Positions 63,714 to 64,000 of a stretch of DNA of 64,000 nt are shown in pieces. A program made the position numbers and the translations under genes. How positions within the stretch are numbered: position 1 is the first letter of the stretch; each line of letters starts with the position of its first letter. Origin of the DNA: Podarcis melisellensis (lineage: Eukaryota); assembly GCA_964234715.1 (NCBI GenBank), contig OZ174278.1, one strand, 5' to 3'. The notes under the pieces are model-generated. The model worked only from the letters and a program-made list of their open reading frames with translations. It searched no databases and was not told the DNA's origin.

Positions 63714-64000
63714 GTAAGATGGTTTGTAACATATTTGGTATGTATTAGTAATTTGTAAATTAAATCTTGAGAAGAACATTGACAGGTTAGGGCCAAGGCA
63801 ACAATCAAACATTTATCAAGTTTCTAAGATAGTAGTAATGATAGTTGCTGATTACTGCTGTTTACAATCTCTCTTCCTTCATTTTATATCCTGTTTCAGT
63901 TAGTGCCTGGTGTGCAGAGCGACTATCATCTAGTGAAAGAGATCCATATTCTTCTCTTGAATAGTGGATGTCCATTTGAATATAAATCACACTGTACTGG

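Larger units (their letters stand above)
1..64000 (+). other. DCLK1: Internal part of the DCLK1 gene (introns plus 10 exons); the gene extends beyond both window ends
   Basis: Spliced exons give [163 protein letters not shown]...[14 protein letters not shown]...[29 protein letters not shown]...APEIIAETG, nearly identical to mammalian DCLK1 as recalled. Confidence 0.98.

Noticed and set aside
1-64000. CRISPR arrays, operons, rRNA genes, intact autonomous transposons, U12 introns
   Set aside because: None seen. The DNA is eukaryotic and intron-rich, all element ORFs are truncated, and all donors are U2-type GT.

Overview
Vertebrate genomic DNA from a squamate reptile. The Sauria SINEs, Bov-B and Penelope fragments suggest a lacertid lizard, which is an inference. 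The whole window lies inside the + strand gene DCLK1 (doublecortin-like kinase 1). Eight core coding exons were read by hand, all with GT-AG boundaries and consistent phases: 12521-12637, 20216-20310, 44316-44400, 46306-46414, 51229-51286, 52458-52577, 58032-58178 and 63580-63713. They run from the end of the DCX2 domain through the Ser/Pro-rich linker into the CaMK-like kinase domain ([20 protein letters not shown]). The window also holds the internal first exon (MLELIE, 19326-19344) and the alternative terminal exon (DLYRPLSSDDLDSVGDSV*, 30800-30856, with a probable long 3'UTR). Together these allow DCLK-long, DCLK-short, DCL and a 56-aa CARP peptide that the ORF track does not show. Introns carry Sauria SINEs, a tRNA-Lys/CR1-tail SINE, L2, CR1, Bov-B and RTE fragments, hAT and Tc1/mariner MITEs, microsatellites and two Penelope-like fragments. 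One Penelope fragment contains a minimal hammerhead ribozyme fold with a catalytic G12A change. The other forms an 84-bp near-perfect palindrome that lacks the ribozyme core. Almost all ORFs in the supplied track are spurious. I found no convincing wholly new biological system; the best leads are the RNA-structure, splicing and regulatory observations listed below.
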